The notes below the pieces were generated by a model, which saw nothing but the letters and a program-made list of their open reading frames with translations, was not told where the DNA came from and did no database searches. A stretch of 64,000 nucleotides of DNA from Candidatus Poribacteria bacterium (GTDB lineage Bacteria; Poribacteria; WGA-4E; PCPOR2b), in assembly GCA_965208325.1 (NCBI GenBank), contig OZ242326.1:3456001-3520000 (forward strand), given 5' to 3'. Below, piece by piece: positions 49,255-59,896 of this stretch (the stretch's first letter is position 1; each line of letters starts with the position of its first letter). Both the position numbers and the translations under genes were made by a program.

Positions 49255-51093
49255 CTAATCCAAATATCCCCTTAGTTGCTGGCTGCGGACCGGGTGACGC
49301 AGTTTTCGCAAAGCTTTCGCTTCAATTTGACGGACACGTTCCCGCGTTACCTGAAATTCTGCGCCTACCTCCTCAAGTGTCCGAGGGTATCCATCCCCAA
49401 TGCCAAACCGCAATCGGATTACCTTCGCCTCACGTTCCGTCAATGTCGTCAGCACATCTTCAACCCGTTCCTTTAGCATCGTGAATGCCGCTTCGCTCAC
49501 CGGCGATTTCGAATCCTTGTCCTCAATGAAATCGCCGAGTTGGCTATCTTCTTCCTCTCCCACAGGCATTTCTAGCGAGACAGGCTCTTGGGCAATTCGA
49601 AAAACCTGTCTTACCTTTTCAAGGGGCAGGTCCATTTCATCCGCAATTTCCTGCGGCGTAGGTTCACGTCCCTTTTCCTGCACAAGATAACGAGAGGTGC
49701 GGATAAGTTTATTTATTGTTTCAATCATGTGGACAGGAATACGGATGGTACGGGCTTGATCGGCAATTGCGCGCGTGATGCCCTGACGAATCCACCACGT
49801 CGCGTAGGTGCTAAATTTGTAACCGCGCTGATAATCGAATTTATCCACTGCTTTCATCAAGCCGATATTTCCTTCTTGTATGAGGTCCAAAAATGCCAGT
49901 CCAGGCGTACGATTCCTATATTTCTTGGCAATGCTCACAACCAGCCGCAAGTTTGATTCGACAATCATCATCTTCGCCTCTTGTGCGAGCATTTCGCCCT
50001 TATGAATCCGCTGAATCACTTCGTTCAATTGTGCACGTGGAAGGCCAATTTCACGCTCCAATTCTCCAATCATGCGCTGTGCCCTAACAATGTCTCCACT
50101 ATGATGTTTTAGCGGTTCCGTCGCTGCCTTCGAATCCGGGCTTTCTATTTGGTCAGGTGCGCCATTCCCAACTAGCTCACACAGTTGGGCCGCGGGCATC
50201 TGGCACGTCCGCTCAATTCGCGCAATCTCTTTTTCCAAATCTCTTATTGCATTGCCGGCTTCTTTAATCTTGCCTGATATCTTGCTGATTTCTTCCTGAT
50301 TTATCTTCACCTGTTTCAAGTTGTGAATTAATCCGGCGAATTTCGATTCAGGCGTTTCGCGGACAATTCCTTCCTCATCAGGCGGCAGGTTTTCGATTTT
50401 GACCCCATGCTCTCCGTTAGACCTTTCCAATTCCACATCTTTCAAAGTGGATAAAAGCTGCGTCGCTGTTTGGAGATATTTCTCTTCTTTGTCGCTAGCC
50501 GAAGTGCTGGAAACCGGCAACTCAATCACCTCGGAAGGTTTCTTGCCCCCTGCCAATATTAGGTTCAGAAGTTCGCTCATTCCTGCAATCGCCAATGGGG
50601 TCTCAAATATTGCTTCCTGGACGATTCTGTGCGCTTCCTCAATCCGTTTTGATAAAATGACTTCCTGTTGCTTAGATAGTAAAGGGATACGTCCCATTTC
50701 CCTGAGGTACACACGGACCGGGTCATCAACCTTGTCAAGTTTTTCCGAGTTCAGATTGAGCAACAACGCATCGTCGTAGTTTTCGTCATCGACATTGTCC
50801 TCATTATCAGAGTAAACATCGCTGCAATCAATATCTCTTAAATCCATTGTCATTAAATCTCCCTCATCAAGAACGGCCGTGTTATTGGAAGGATTAAGTT
50901 CTTCCACATCCAAACATAACAAATCATCGAAATCCTCTGGTGAGGAATCCGGTTGCTCACTATATTCCAAATAAGCTTGATCTCTGTCTGGTTCTGCCAC
51001 GGCGTTGTTCAATTTAGTCTTCGAAACCATGCTTAATAATTTCTCCTTTAGGTCTAGAGAGTGCCAATCTTTGAGATTTTCACTATCTAACAA
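49255..51093 (-). CDS. rpoD: RNA polymerase primary sigma factor
   Basis: [59 protein letters not shown]. Confidence 0.98.
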   Translation of the reverse strand: MLDSENLKDWHSLDLKEKLLSMVSKTKLNNAVAEPDRDQAYLEYSEQPDSSPEDFDDLLCLDVEELNPSNNTAVLDEGDLMTMDLRDIDCSDVYSDNEDNVDDENYDDALLLNLNSEKLDKVDDPVRVYLREMGRIPLLSKQQEVILSKRIEEAHRIVQEAIFETPLAIAGMSELLNLILAGGKKPSEVIELPVSSTSASDKEEKYLQTATQLLSTLKDVELERSNGEHGVKIENLPPDEEGIVRETPESKFAGLIHNLKQVKINQEEISKISGKIKEAGNAIRDLEKEIARIERTCQMPAAQLCELVGNGAPDQIESPDSKAATEPLKHHSGDIVRAQRMIGELEREIGLPRAQLNEVIQRIHKGEMLAQEAKMMIVESNLRLVVSIAKKYRNRTPGLAFLDLIQEGNIGLMKAVDKFDYQRGYKFSTYATWWIRQGITRAIADQARTIRIPVHMIETINKLIRTSRYLVQEKGREPTPQEIADEMDLPLEKVRQVFRIAQEPVSLEMPVGEEEDSQLGDFIEDKDSKSPVSEAAFTMLKERVEDVLTTLTEREAKVIRLRFGIGDGYPRTLEEVGAEFQVTRERVRQIEAKALRKLRHPVRSQQLRGYLD

Positions 51094-51102
51094 AAAGAGG
51101 GA

Positions 51103-52887
51103 TTAATGGACGAAATGTCGTCTTCGGTTTGAAAGTTCAACAAGTTCCGCAAGTGTCTCAATGTTATTATCACCCTGCGTCAGGGCGGTGGAACGTCTTT
51201 CACGCTCTACATCGCGCAATAAAAATTCTCTGAGTTTTTTCAAACACCCTTCAACCCGCACTTTCAGATTTGGCGAAATCTTCCTTTGCAAAAGGGCATT
51301 CGAGATAGTACCTTTAATTTTCTCATTCTCACAAGTGTCAATCAGGCCTTGCACGTCAAGCGGGTCGTCAGACTTGCACCCGTCCCATAGCATTTGCGCA
51401 ATAATTGCAAATTCGGGATGTGTAAAGTCTTGATAGCGAAATTTCTCTTTTACACACGGAATAAGATTCGGACTCTGAATAAGGGATTCAATCAACTGCC
51501 ATTCGATTGACTCGCGCGGTTTGAGGCTTGCCTTTCCGGCATAATGGGAGGAGGGACGCACCTGGGAAGAACGGTTTGCTTTTACACCGAGACGCTGCAA
51601 CTCCTTCAATAGCACATCACGTTCAATATTGAGTTCTTGCGCAGCATATGAAATGTATTCATTAAGTTCAACATTGCTTGTAATATGAGACAAGGTTAGT
51701 GCAATCTCTTTAACTGTATGAGTTTTCACATCAATTCGGCGGATTGCATCTTGTTGAGAAGCACGTTGAATCTGAAATTCGATGAGATTCATCGCAGAGT
51801 TGCAGAGTTGATTAAACGCATCCAACCCTTGTGATTGAATAAATTGATCTGGATCTTCACCTCGCGGCAGAAGCGCGATTCGAACACGCAGTCCTTTCTT
51901 CAGAAGAATATGTAACCCTCGAAGCGTCGCTTGGAAACCCGCGGCATCGCCATCATAAACGATAACCGTCTCTTCAGCAAATCGATTCAATAAACTAGCG
52001 TGTGATTCGCTAAATGCCGTTCCTAATGAGGCAACAACATGTTTCACACCTGCCTGATAGGGCATGATCGCATCAAAATAGCCCTCGACCAGAATCGCTT
52101 TCCCTGCCTTCTGAATTGCTTGCCGCGCATGGTATAGATTATAAAGTGTCTTGCTTTTATCGTAAAGGCTCGTTGTAGGTGAATTCAGATATTTGGGAAG
52201 TGTTTCTTCAGATAACGCGCGCCCGCCGAATCCAACAGGTGCCCCGCGTTCATCAAGAATTGGAAAGATGATTCGTCCTCGAAAACGGTCAATGGACCCG
52301 TGTTCGTCTTTCTTGATGAGCCCGGCATCTAATAACTGTTGCACCGAAAAATCGGCTTTTGCCGCAGTTTTGAATAGATCTTGGCGTCCACGGGTGGCGT
52401 ACCCGAGTTGGAAATGGCTGATGGTCTCATCTTTTACACCGCGCTTTTTGAGATATGCCAACGCATTGCCGCCGATTTGAGGCGTCAAGAGTTGTCGATG
52501 AAAATGCGCCATGGCAAAACGGTTGACATCCTGAAGTTCAAGACGTTTACGACTTTTCTCACGCGATTTACCGTCCTGACTCGGCAATGAAATTCCAACA
52601 CGTTGGGCTAACCGCTCTACGGCTTCGATGAAAGACATGCCTTCATGTTTCTGAAGGAAGCTAATCACATTGCCACCGCTGTTGCAACCGAAACAGTAGA
52701 AGATTTGCTTCTCGGGAGATACGCTGAAGGAGGGCTTTTGCTCTTCGTGGAAGGGACAGAGCGCACTGTATTCCTTACCCGCGGCACGCAACGGAATACC
52801 ACACTCAGATATCACTTCCGCAATATCGTTTTGTGCTCGAATTTCGTTCAGTAGTTCCGGTGGAATGTAATTCGACGATTGATTCAT
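51103..52887 (-). CDS. dnaG: DNA primase
   Basis: CPFH...CFGC zinc finger, FGGR, KYLNSP, VEGYFD, DGDAAG, DPD. Confidence 0.98.
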   Translation of the reverse strand: MNQSSNYIPPELLNEIRAQNDIAEVISECGIPLRAAGKEYSALCPFHEEQKPSFSVSPEKQIFYCFGCNSGGNVISFLQKHEGMSFIEAVERLAQRVGISLPSQDGKSREKSRKRLELQDVNRFAMAHFHRQLLTPQIGGNALAYLKKRGVKDETISHFQLGYATRGRQDLFKTAAKADFSVQQLLDAGLIKKDEHGSIDRFRGRIIFPILDERGAPVGFGGRALSEETLPKYLNSPTTSLYDKSKTLYNLYHARQAIQKAGKAILVEGYFDAIMPYQAGVKHVVASLGTAFSESHASLLNRFAEETVIVYDGDAAGFQATLRGLHILLKKGLRVRIALLPRGEDPDQFIQSQGLDAFNQLCNSAMNLIEFQIQRASQQDAIRRIDVKTHTVKEIALTLSHITSNVELNEYISYAAQELNIERDVLLKELQRLGVKANRSSQVRPSSHYAGKASLKPRESIEWQLIESLIQSPNLIPCVKEKFRYQDFTHPEFAIIAQMLWDGCKSDDPLDVQGLIDTCENEKIKGTISNALLQRKISPNLKVRVEGCLKKLREFLLRDVERERRSTALTQGDNNIETLAELVELSNRRRHFVH

Positions 52888-52917
52888 CTCAACCCACCAA
52901 ATTTATTGGCCCTGCGT

Positions 52918-55365
52918 TTAATCCTTCAGGCTAATGGTTGTCACGCCCGCGCCGCCTTGGTTAAGTGGTGCTTCTCGAAAATCTACAACTAAAGGATGCT
53001 CGCATAAAAATTCCTGTATTGCACCGCGTAGCGCACCGGTGCCTTTGCCGTGGATAATTCGCACAGTTGATAAACCGGCGAGAAAAGCGTCGTCCAAGTA
53101 TTTATCGGTTTCATCTAACGCATCGGTGACTGTTTTGCCTCGAAGATTTATTTCGGTTTTGACAACGCCCGCCTTTAAGTCTTGTACATCCAACACTGAA
53201 GCAGATAGATTCGGTGTGTCGCCCCCTACCGGCGGACAAAATTCTACTTCATCATATGAGACCTGCATCACCATATTCCGAACTCGGATTTTTAACGGCG
53301 CCTTTTTGCTTTTGTTGATTGATAGGACTTCCCCAAACTGATTTAGCTCTTTGAGCCGAACCTTATCTCCTACCCGTATCTTTGGAAGAGATAGGTGGTC
53401 TGTCTGCGCTTCTCCCTTTGGCAGATGGCGCTCCCTGAGTTCTTTTTCAGCATTCTCAATGTGTGTGAAAGCCGAACGTACACTCCTTTTCGATGCACTT
53501 TCCTTTCGCACGTCCGCGATTGTTTGTTCAATTAGTTTACGCGCATTCTTGAGAATCTCGGCGGCCTCTTTTTCAGCCGCTCTCTTAAGTTCATCGCGCT
53601 CAACTTCAAATTGGCTAATTAGCGCTTCATGTTTTTTAAATTTGGTTTCAGCAGCTCGGACTTTCCCCTGGACAATTTCACGTTCAGCTTCGAGTTCACG
53701 TTGTGATTCTTGCATGCTTACAATGAAGTCTTCAACGGCGACTAGCCGACCGCCCATGTGCGCTTTTGCTTCGTCAGTTATCGAGTCGGTCATACCCAAC
53801 CGCTGCGCGATTTTAATCGCATTGCTGCTTCCAGGCACACCTATTAAAAGCCGATAGGTAGGGCTTAAAGTTAGCCAATCAAACTCCATTGAGGCGTTCT
53901 CCATCCCCTCCTGAGTGTGGGCGAACGATTTTAACGTGCCATAATGTGTTGTTACAATAGTACGAGCCCCGCTTTGACCAAGCCGGTCAAGAATCGCCAT
54001 ACCTAATGCTGCTCCCTCAGTAGGGTCTGTGCCTGCACCAAGTTCGTCCAGCAGCACCAACGATTGCCCATCATGCCGCGGCTTGCTATTGTGGCTGTTG
54101 CCTCGTTCAATATGCTTCAAAATCTCAATAATCTTGGTGATGTGCGATGAAAACGTGCTCAAATTCTGTTCGATACTCTGTTCGTCGCCAATATCTGCGA
54201 ATATATCATCAAATACTGCAATATCACTACCGCTCCGTGCCGGAATGTGCAATCCCGATTGTGCCATGAGCGTTAGTAGACCGATGGTTTTGAGCACGAC
54301 GGTTTTTCCGCCTGTATTGGGTCCTGTAATGACGACGGTGTGAAATGAGTCGCCGACGTGTAAATCAGTCGGAACTATGTGCTCCGGTGTACCCGATTTC
54401 CCTTTCCCCACTTGTGACCTTAAATTCGCTTCTAGTAAGGGATGCCTCGCTGACTTCAATTTCACAAAACCGCGTGTGTTGAGGCGGGGTTCCACCGCGT
54501 TCAGCTTAAGACTCAATTCTGCCTTTGCACCCAAGAAATCCAGTTCGCCCAGTGTGTCCATTGCGGCATCCAGATTAGTTGCACACTCGCGAACTTGTTC
54601 ACTCAATGCAAACAACACTCTGCGAACCTCTTCACGTTCCTCATCTGCTAATATATGCAGGGTGTTATTGAGTTCAACAATACTGAAAGGTTCTATGAAT
54701 ACGGTTGCCCCACTTGTGGATTGCCCTTGGACAATTCCGGGGAAATGGCTTCTAGCGTCTTGTTTAATTGGAATGACGTAGCGATCGTTTCGGAGGGTGA
54801 TGATGTTTTCTTGGAGCGATTTCTGATGGTGGGAAGAACGTAGGATTGTTTCTAATTTCGACTGAATCTTTTCCCGGGTGTTTACCAACTGCCGGCGGAT
54901 GCGCCTCAAGGTACGACTCGCTTGATCCAGAATTTCGCCTTCTGAACCGATACAGCCGGTAATTGATTTGGATAACTCGATAAAAGTCGGAAGATTATTG
55001 ACGAGTGTGAAAAGGTTTGGAAAGTCGTCCGCGTCTATTTTCGCTAACCATCGACTGACGTTCTGAGCAACATTCGCAAAACGACCGACATCAAGGAGTT
55101 GGTTGGCTTCTAATATCGCGCCCGGCTTGGCTGCTTTTCGAATAACCGGAGAAATATCCGTTAAACCCCTTAGTGGAAAACCGTTCGATGTTTCATAAAT
55201 AGCCTTCGCCTCGCTACAAAGTTTCTGTTGTTCTCGAATCTCGTCTATCTTCCGGCTCGGCCTTAACTTCTCTACTCTTGATACGCCCAACTGAGAAAGA
55301 GCGTAATTCTTGAGCAGTGATTTCAACTTATCATATTCAAGAACTTTTTCTGTATGGGCGACCAT
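52918..55365 (-). CDS. mutS2: Endonuclease MutS2
   Basis: GPNTGGKT, DIGDEQSIEQNLSTFSSH, DELGAGTDP, C-terminal Smr IIHGKGTG. Confidence 0.97.
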   Translation of the reverse strand: MVAHTEKVLEYDKLKSLLKNYALSQLGVSRVEKLRPSRKIDEIREQQKLCSEAKAIYETSNGFPLRGLTDISPVIRKAAKPGAILEANQLLDVGRFANVAQNVSRWLAKIDADDFPNLFTLVNNLPTFIELSKSITGCIGSEGEILDQASRTLRRIRRQLVNTREKIQSKLETILRSSHHQKSLQENIITLRNDRYVIPIKQDARSHFPGIVQGQSTSGATVFIEPFSIVELNNTLHILADEEREEVRRVLFALSEQVRECATNLDAAMDTLGELDFLGAKAELSLKLNAVEPRLNTRGFVKLKSARHPLLEANLRSQVGKGKSGTPEHIVPTDLHVGDSFHTVVITGPNTGGKTVVLKTIGLLTLMAQSGLHIPARSGSDIAVFDDIFADIGDEQSIEQNLSTFSSHITKIIEILKHIERGNSHNSKPRHDGQSLVLLDELGAGTDPTEGAALGMAILDRLGQSGARTIVTTHYGTLKSFAHTQEGMENASMEFDWLTLSPTYRLLIGVPGSSNAIKIAQRLGMTDSITDEAKAHMGGRLVAVEDFIVSMQESQRELEAEREIVQGKVRAAETKFKKHEALISQFEVERDELKRAAEKEAAEILKNARKLIEQTIADVRKESASKRSVRSAFTHIENAEKELRERHLPKGEAQTDHLSLPKIRVGDKVRLKELNQFGEVLSINKSKKAPLKIRVRNMVMQVSYDEVEFCPPVGGDTPNLSASVLDVQDLKAGVVKTEINLRGKTVTDALDETDKYLDDAFLAGLSTVRIIHGKGTGALRGAIQEFLCEHPLVVDFREAPLNQGGAGVTTISLKD

Positions 55366-55391
55366 AGCTTTTCCAACATTACTCGAAGTTA

Positions 55392-56525
55392 CTAGTCCGA
55401 GTCATCAAATTTTACAGTGTGTTGGAGTCTATCGTGATGGAAGCGAGCAGTTTCATAGAGGTTACGGCTTGGCGCAAAGTCGAGATTTACTGCTTGATCG
55501 TAATAGTACAAAGCCGTATTCTGCTGACCCTCCGATTCATAACGACGCGCATCTCGAAGGTTTTTTAGAAAATCATCCGCTTTCTTTTCAAAGTTATAAA
55601 TAGCTGTGCGTAACGCCTTAGTTAGTCCGCGGTCAATTTCTCTATTGACTTTGTAGAGATGTACCGCATCCGCGTATGCAATGAAGGCTTTATAATATGC
55701 GCCTTCGCTTACTAGCTTTTCGGCTTCCGGCACACTGGGGGCTTCTGGAAGTGAAGTGAGCAACGATTTAACGCTCGGTGTAAGGTTCCGTCCGTAAATG
55801 AAATCGCGGCTTTTCTCTTGGATGGCTTTGTCTAGATTTTCACCAAAATGGTCTACAATATCTTTATATATTGCTACCGAATCGTCAAGGCGACCGAGTT
55901 TCTCATAGCATCGTGCTTGGCTCAACTGGGCATCTACAAGTGCATGCTCGCGAACAGGTATCAAGATGTCCGGCAGCTTTTCATAGGCTTCAATTGCCTT
56001 TTCATATTGACCTTGCTGCTCATAACAGTTGCCTATTGCCTTTTGAGCATACAAAGCAAAATTTTGGTTATCCGATTCACGGCTTTCCTTGACCGATTCA
56101 AATTGTTCTATTGCCCCCGCATAATCACCCTGGTAATAGAGCGTCCTCGCATAGTTGTATCGCGCCCTATCAGCAAACGGGGTGCTAGAATAATTCTGGA
56201 AAATCGTTTGAAACGCCTCGCCCCCTGTCTGGAATTGTTCGCCGCTCGTTTCTAACTTCTCGTGATCCAACCAACCATCTTCCGCTTCTTGATATTTTTG
56301 AATGGCTTCCGCAAACGCTAGAGATGCCTCCGCACGCGTCTGTTGTTGTTCTTGTGTATAGTAGGACATTGCAGCTACAAGAACAACCACAACCGCTGCT
56401 GTGATGATTATCAATTTTAAGTGCTTCTTGAGAAAATTGTAAAAATTCAGGACAGTCTCGACAAATTGATCTCGTTTTATCTCTTCCTTCGTCAGACGAT
56501 TACCTTGAGCCATTAACTTCCTCAA
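55392..56525 (-). CDS. Membrane-anchored TPR protein (YfgM-like N-terminus)
   Basis: EIKRDQFV, TM helix, TPR repeats. Confidence 0.85.
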   Translation of the reverse strand: MRKLMAQGNRLTKEEIKRDQFVETVLNFYNFLKKHLKLIIITAAVVVVLVAAMSYYTQEQQQTRAEASLAFAEAIQKYQEAEDGWLDHEKLETSGEQFQTGGEAFQTIFQNYSSTPFADRARYNYARTLYYQGDYAGAIEQFESVKESRESDNQNFALYAQKAIGNCYEQQGQYEKAIEAYEKLPDILIPVREHALVDAQLSQARCYEKLGRLDDSVAIYKDIVDHFGENLDKAIQEKSRDFIYGRNLTPSVKSLLTSLPEAPSVPEAEKLVSEGAYYKAFIAYADAVHLYKVNREIDRGLTKALRTAIYNFEKKADDFLKNLRDARRYESEGQQNTALYYYDQAVNLDFAPSRNLYETARFHHDRLQHTVKFDDSD

Positions 56526-56586
56526 CTAATCTTTTACGGCGAGTGTAGAGCATTAAAACTCTTCCGCTAGAATACACGGCTGATGA

Positions 56587-56658
56587 AGCGGGTGACGGGA
56601 ATTGAACCCGCGGCCCTCAGCTTGGGAAGCTGACGCTCTACCGCTGAGCTACACCCGC
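56587..56658 (-). tRNA. tRNA-Gly(CCC), CCA not encoded
   Basis: GCGGGTGTAGCTCAG...TCAGC-TTCCCAA-GCTGA...GGTTCAATTCCC...CACCCGCT then TCA; promoter TTGACA-18-TATAAT upstream. Confidence 0.95.
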
Positions 56659-57057
56659 ACAGAAATTGCTAAATTATACAGATAGACATGCTCCATTGTC
56701 AAGAGGATTTTCTTGGAGATTAGCGATAGGTTATAAGTGAAAATTCCAGAACATTTCAAGTGAAGCCTCCAACGGATTGTAGTAGCGATCTCCGAATCGC
56801 AACATTTTCCACCGTAGGAGCGATCTACATATCGCGACTACAATTTTGCCGCGATGCGCGCCGCTTTTCGCCTAGAGTTTACAAAAACTATGTTATACTT
56901 TAAGGGGATTTACGCTAAGGAAGGGATGTTTGGCCGCACTCCCGAATTTTCCACCGTCTGGCATATTCGGGCGGCGGCTGAAACACTCGGATAAGGAACA
57001 ACATGCGCGGTATATAAGTCTTTCCATGAATAGACAACTGCAGCAGGAAGATTTCAA

Positions 57058-58539
57058 ATGAGCATACGGTCACGCGGCGCAATCTTGCTAATCTCTTGTT
57101 ACGAACTTGGACACCAACCTCACGGTATCAGTCTGCCGCTTGGATTTTTGGAAAATGCCGGATTTGCACCCGATTCAATGGACATAGCGGTTGAGGCGTT
57201 CGACACAGCGAAGATTGGACAGGCTCGATTCATAGGCATCTCGGTACCGATGCACACTGCTTTGCGGCTGGGCGTTCATGTCATACGGCGAATTCGAGAA
57301 ATCAATCCGGAGCCAATTATCTGCCTCTACGGACTTTACGCGGTTCTAAACGCAGAGTACCTCTTAGAAAACGGCGTGGATTTTTGTATTGGGGGTGAGT
57401 TTGAGGCGCCTCTCACGGCGCTCGTCGAAACATTGGAATTGCACTCGCAAAACAATAGCCTTCATTCAACTCTCAACGTTCAGATAGAGGGTGTTATACA
57501 GCCCGGCGCAAATGCTCGTCCTCTCCTTCGACGATTACTATTCGCTGTCCCAAGCCGTGACACACTGCCGGCGCTCGAAAAGTATGCCCATTTGGAGCAT
57601 AAAGGCGAGCACCGCTTAACCGGTTACGTCGAGGCAAGTCGCGGATGCGTACATCTTTGCACACATTGTCCGATTCCGCCCGTCTACGATGGACGGTTTT
57701 TTGTAATTCCGCGGGAAATTGTACTTGAAGACATACGAAGGCAGGTGAACGCCGGTGCAACGCATATCACGTTTGGGGATCCCGACTTCCTAAACGGGCC
57801 AACGCACTCGTTGCGTATCATCCGTGCGATGCATGAGGAATTCCCGCACCTCACTTTCGACTTCACTGCTAAAATCGAGCATATCCTAGAGCACCGAAAG
57901 GTTTTCCCCGAACTCGCAGCGTCAGGCTGCTTGTTTATAATTTCCGCTGTAGAGTCGCTAAGTGATACTGTCCTAGAGATATTGAGTAAGGGCCACAAGC
58001 GCGAGGACATCGTTGAGGCGTTAAAGATTGTACAAAACGCTGGCATTGCGCTTCGTCCTACCTGGGTCATGTTCACACCTTGGACTACCTTAGACGATTA
58101 CACCAACGTGTTGGAATTTCTTGATACACACAACCTTATTGACCACGTAGACCCCGTACAATACGCGATTCGACTGCTGATTCCGCCCGGATCCATTCTG
58201 CTTGAGTGCCCTGCCGTTAAGCCTTATCTTGGATCGCTAAACCAAGCATCTTTTAGCTATGAGTGGCGTCACCCCGATCCCCGTATGGATGAACTTCATA
58301 AAACCGTCAGTACTTTGGTAGAACGGGATTCCCAAGCAGGCGAGGACGAAATGAGTATTTTTTACAGGGTGTGGGCGCTTGCGGCAAAAATGCGGGGCGA
58401 GTCACTTCCCGAGTCTGTACACCGTAGTCGCCGCGCCGATCGAATCCAAGTGCCGCGAATTACCGAGCCATGGTTCTGCTGAGCAGAGCCGACCGAGGGT
58501 CAGTTGGACCCGCTTCAAACCCAAATGGCCGGTGTGTAA
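57058..58539 (+). CDS. CUAEP-tail radical SAM selenoprotein (TGA at 58480 read as Sec)
   Basis: ISCYELGHQP, B12-binding-like N-domain, EASRGCVHLCTHCP; C-terminus ITEPWFC-TGA-AEPTEGQLDPLQTQMAGV-TAA. Confidence 0.87.
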
Positions 58540-59008
58540 ATCGGTGGGAGGGATGTTATAGCCCCATGCGAATTTTCAACCCGCTGTGGTCGGCGGAAAT
58601 GTACTCGGAGGGATTGGCGCCGTGTAGCATCAAAAACATTGTAGGAGCGATTTCCGAATCGCGAAATTTTCGGTAAAATAAATCTCACCCCTACACAAGA
58701 CCCCAAATTAAAAGCGCTGCTGCCAATCGTGTTTGTTCTATATTTACAATTCTTGGTTGAATTATCTACACCAATTTAATTCTCGGGAGGGGCACCACGC
58801 CGTAGATGGAAATGCCCTGCAGTAACATCAAGGGCGTATACATTGACGTATTCACAACTATATCATGTATCGTCACAATCAGCTTAATCGCATAGGGGAA
58901 ACGCCTATTGCCGTAGCAAGTGCCATCCCGCACTTAACCCTGAAGACCGGATTTAGCTAAGCGTATTTCGCACGGTTTTAGGAAAGTACAGATGTGCTAT
59001 TCCCCTTA

Positions 59009-59662
59009 TTATCGGCTTTGAACCTTGACTTGAGAGGCGTGAGTTGCGGTGAGATATTTCGCCAAGACAGAACGCACCTTTGCCTCCGTGAATGCCAAGC
59101 CTGGCGCAACAAGCATACATCGTCTAACAGACCACCGAGAAGACCACATCCTAAGAAAATCCGAATAGGGCAAACGCCTTATCCTCTGGCGTTTTAGATC
59201 GTTCGTGCCTGAATGGGCTCTCAAAATATTCGTCAGTTGGACTTGCTCATCGCCGTCGTTGTAGCCAAGCAATGCCCAGAATTCCACTGGACCGTCATAC
59301 CGTAACAATACCACAGGCGCCCAGCCTGCTGCAATAAACGCCTTCAATACATCAAAATTGCAATTCGACACTAGGCTAATATGGTCGTCCTGTCTCTTTA
59401 TCCTTGCGTAGAAATCTTCAATGCCGTGATTGAGAGGTTGGTTTTTGAAAGTAGTTTTCGGCAACGGCAGCCGCGCTGACTCTACCTCTGCTACCCACGG
59501 TAATGACGGGCTTGACGATGCCGGTACATTTCTCGGTGCGAAGCTGCCATCTATGGAAGTTGATGTGCTCGGAATATACCTTTTCCCGGGCGCGGGACCG
59601 CAGCCAATCAGCAACGTACCCAACACCAGAATGGTTGAAAGATAACCAATTGCAGTTCTCAT
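59009..59662 (-). CDS. Hypothetical lipoprotein
   Basis: RBS GGAG, LIGC lipobox; LKAFIAAGWAPVV...LLGYND loosely resembles C39-like folds. Confidence 0.7.
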   Translation of the reverse strand: MRTAIGYLSTILVLGTLLIGCGPAPGKRYIPSTSTSIDGSFAPRNVPASSSPSLPWVAEVESARLPLPKTTFKNQPLNHGIEDFYARIKRQDDHISLVSNCNFDVLKAFIAAGWAPVVLLRYDGPVEFWALLGYNDGDEQVQLTNILRAHSGTNDLKRQRIRRLPYSDFLRMWSSRWSVRRCMLVAPGLAFTEAKVRSVLAKYLTATHASQVKVQSR

Positions 59663-59896
59663 AATACGCTCCACCTTATGTTGGATTGCTATTATAACCC
59701 CAAGCGGGAATACAACGCAGCAACCAACAAGTAAACCTCCCATTTGAACAATGCATTAACCGTTTGCCTGCCGACACGGCCAAAACATTCGATTAGTTAG
59801 CAATAGCAAATTCTTCAAACGGCGCCTGAATAAAATTAGATGAACTTATAGTTGATTGAGTGGATTAAAACGCGACGGTTAAAATTCATAACCGTC

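Noticed and set aside
56587..56658. tRNA-Gly lacking CCA as a sign of an integration scar
   Set aside because: No duplicated tRNA 3' end or integrase was seen; CCA-less tRNA genes are common.
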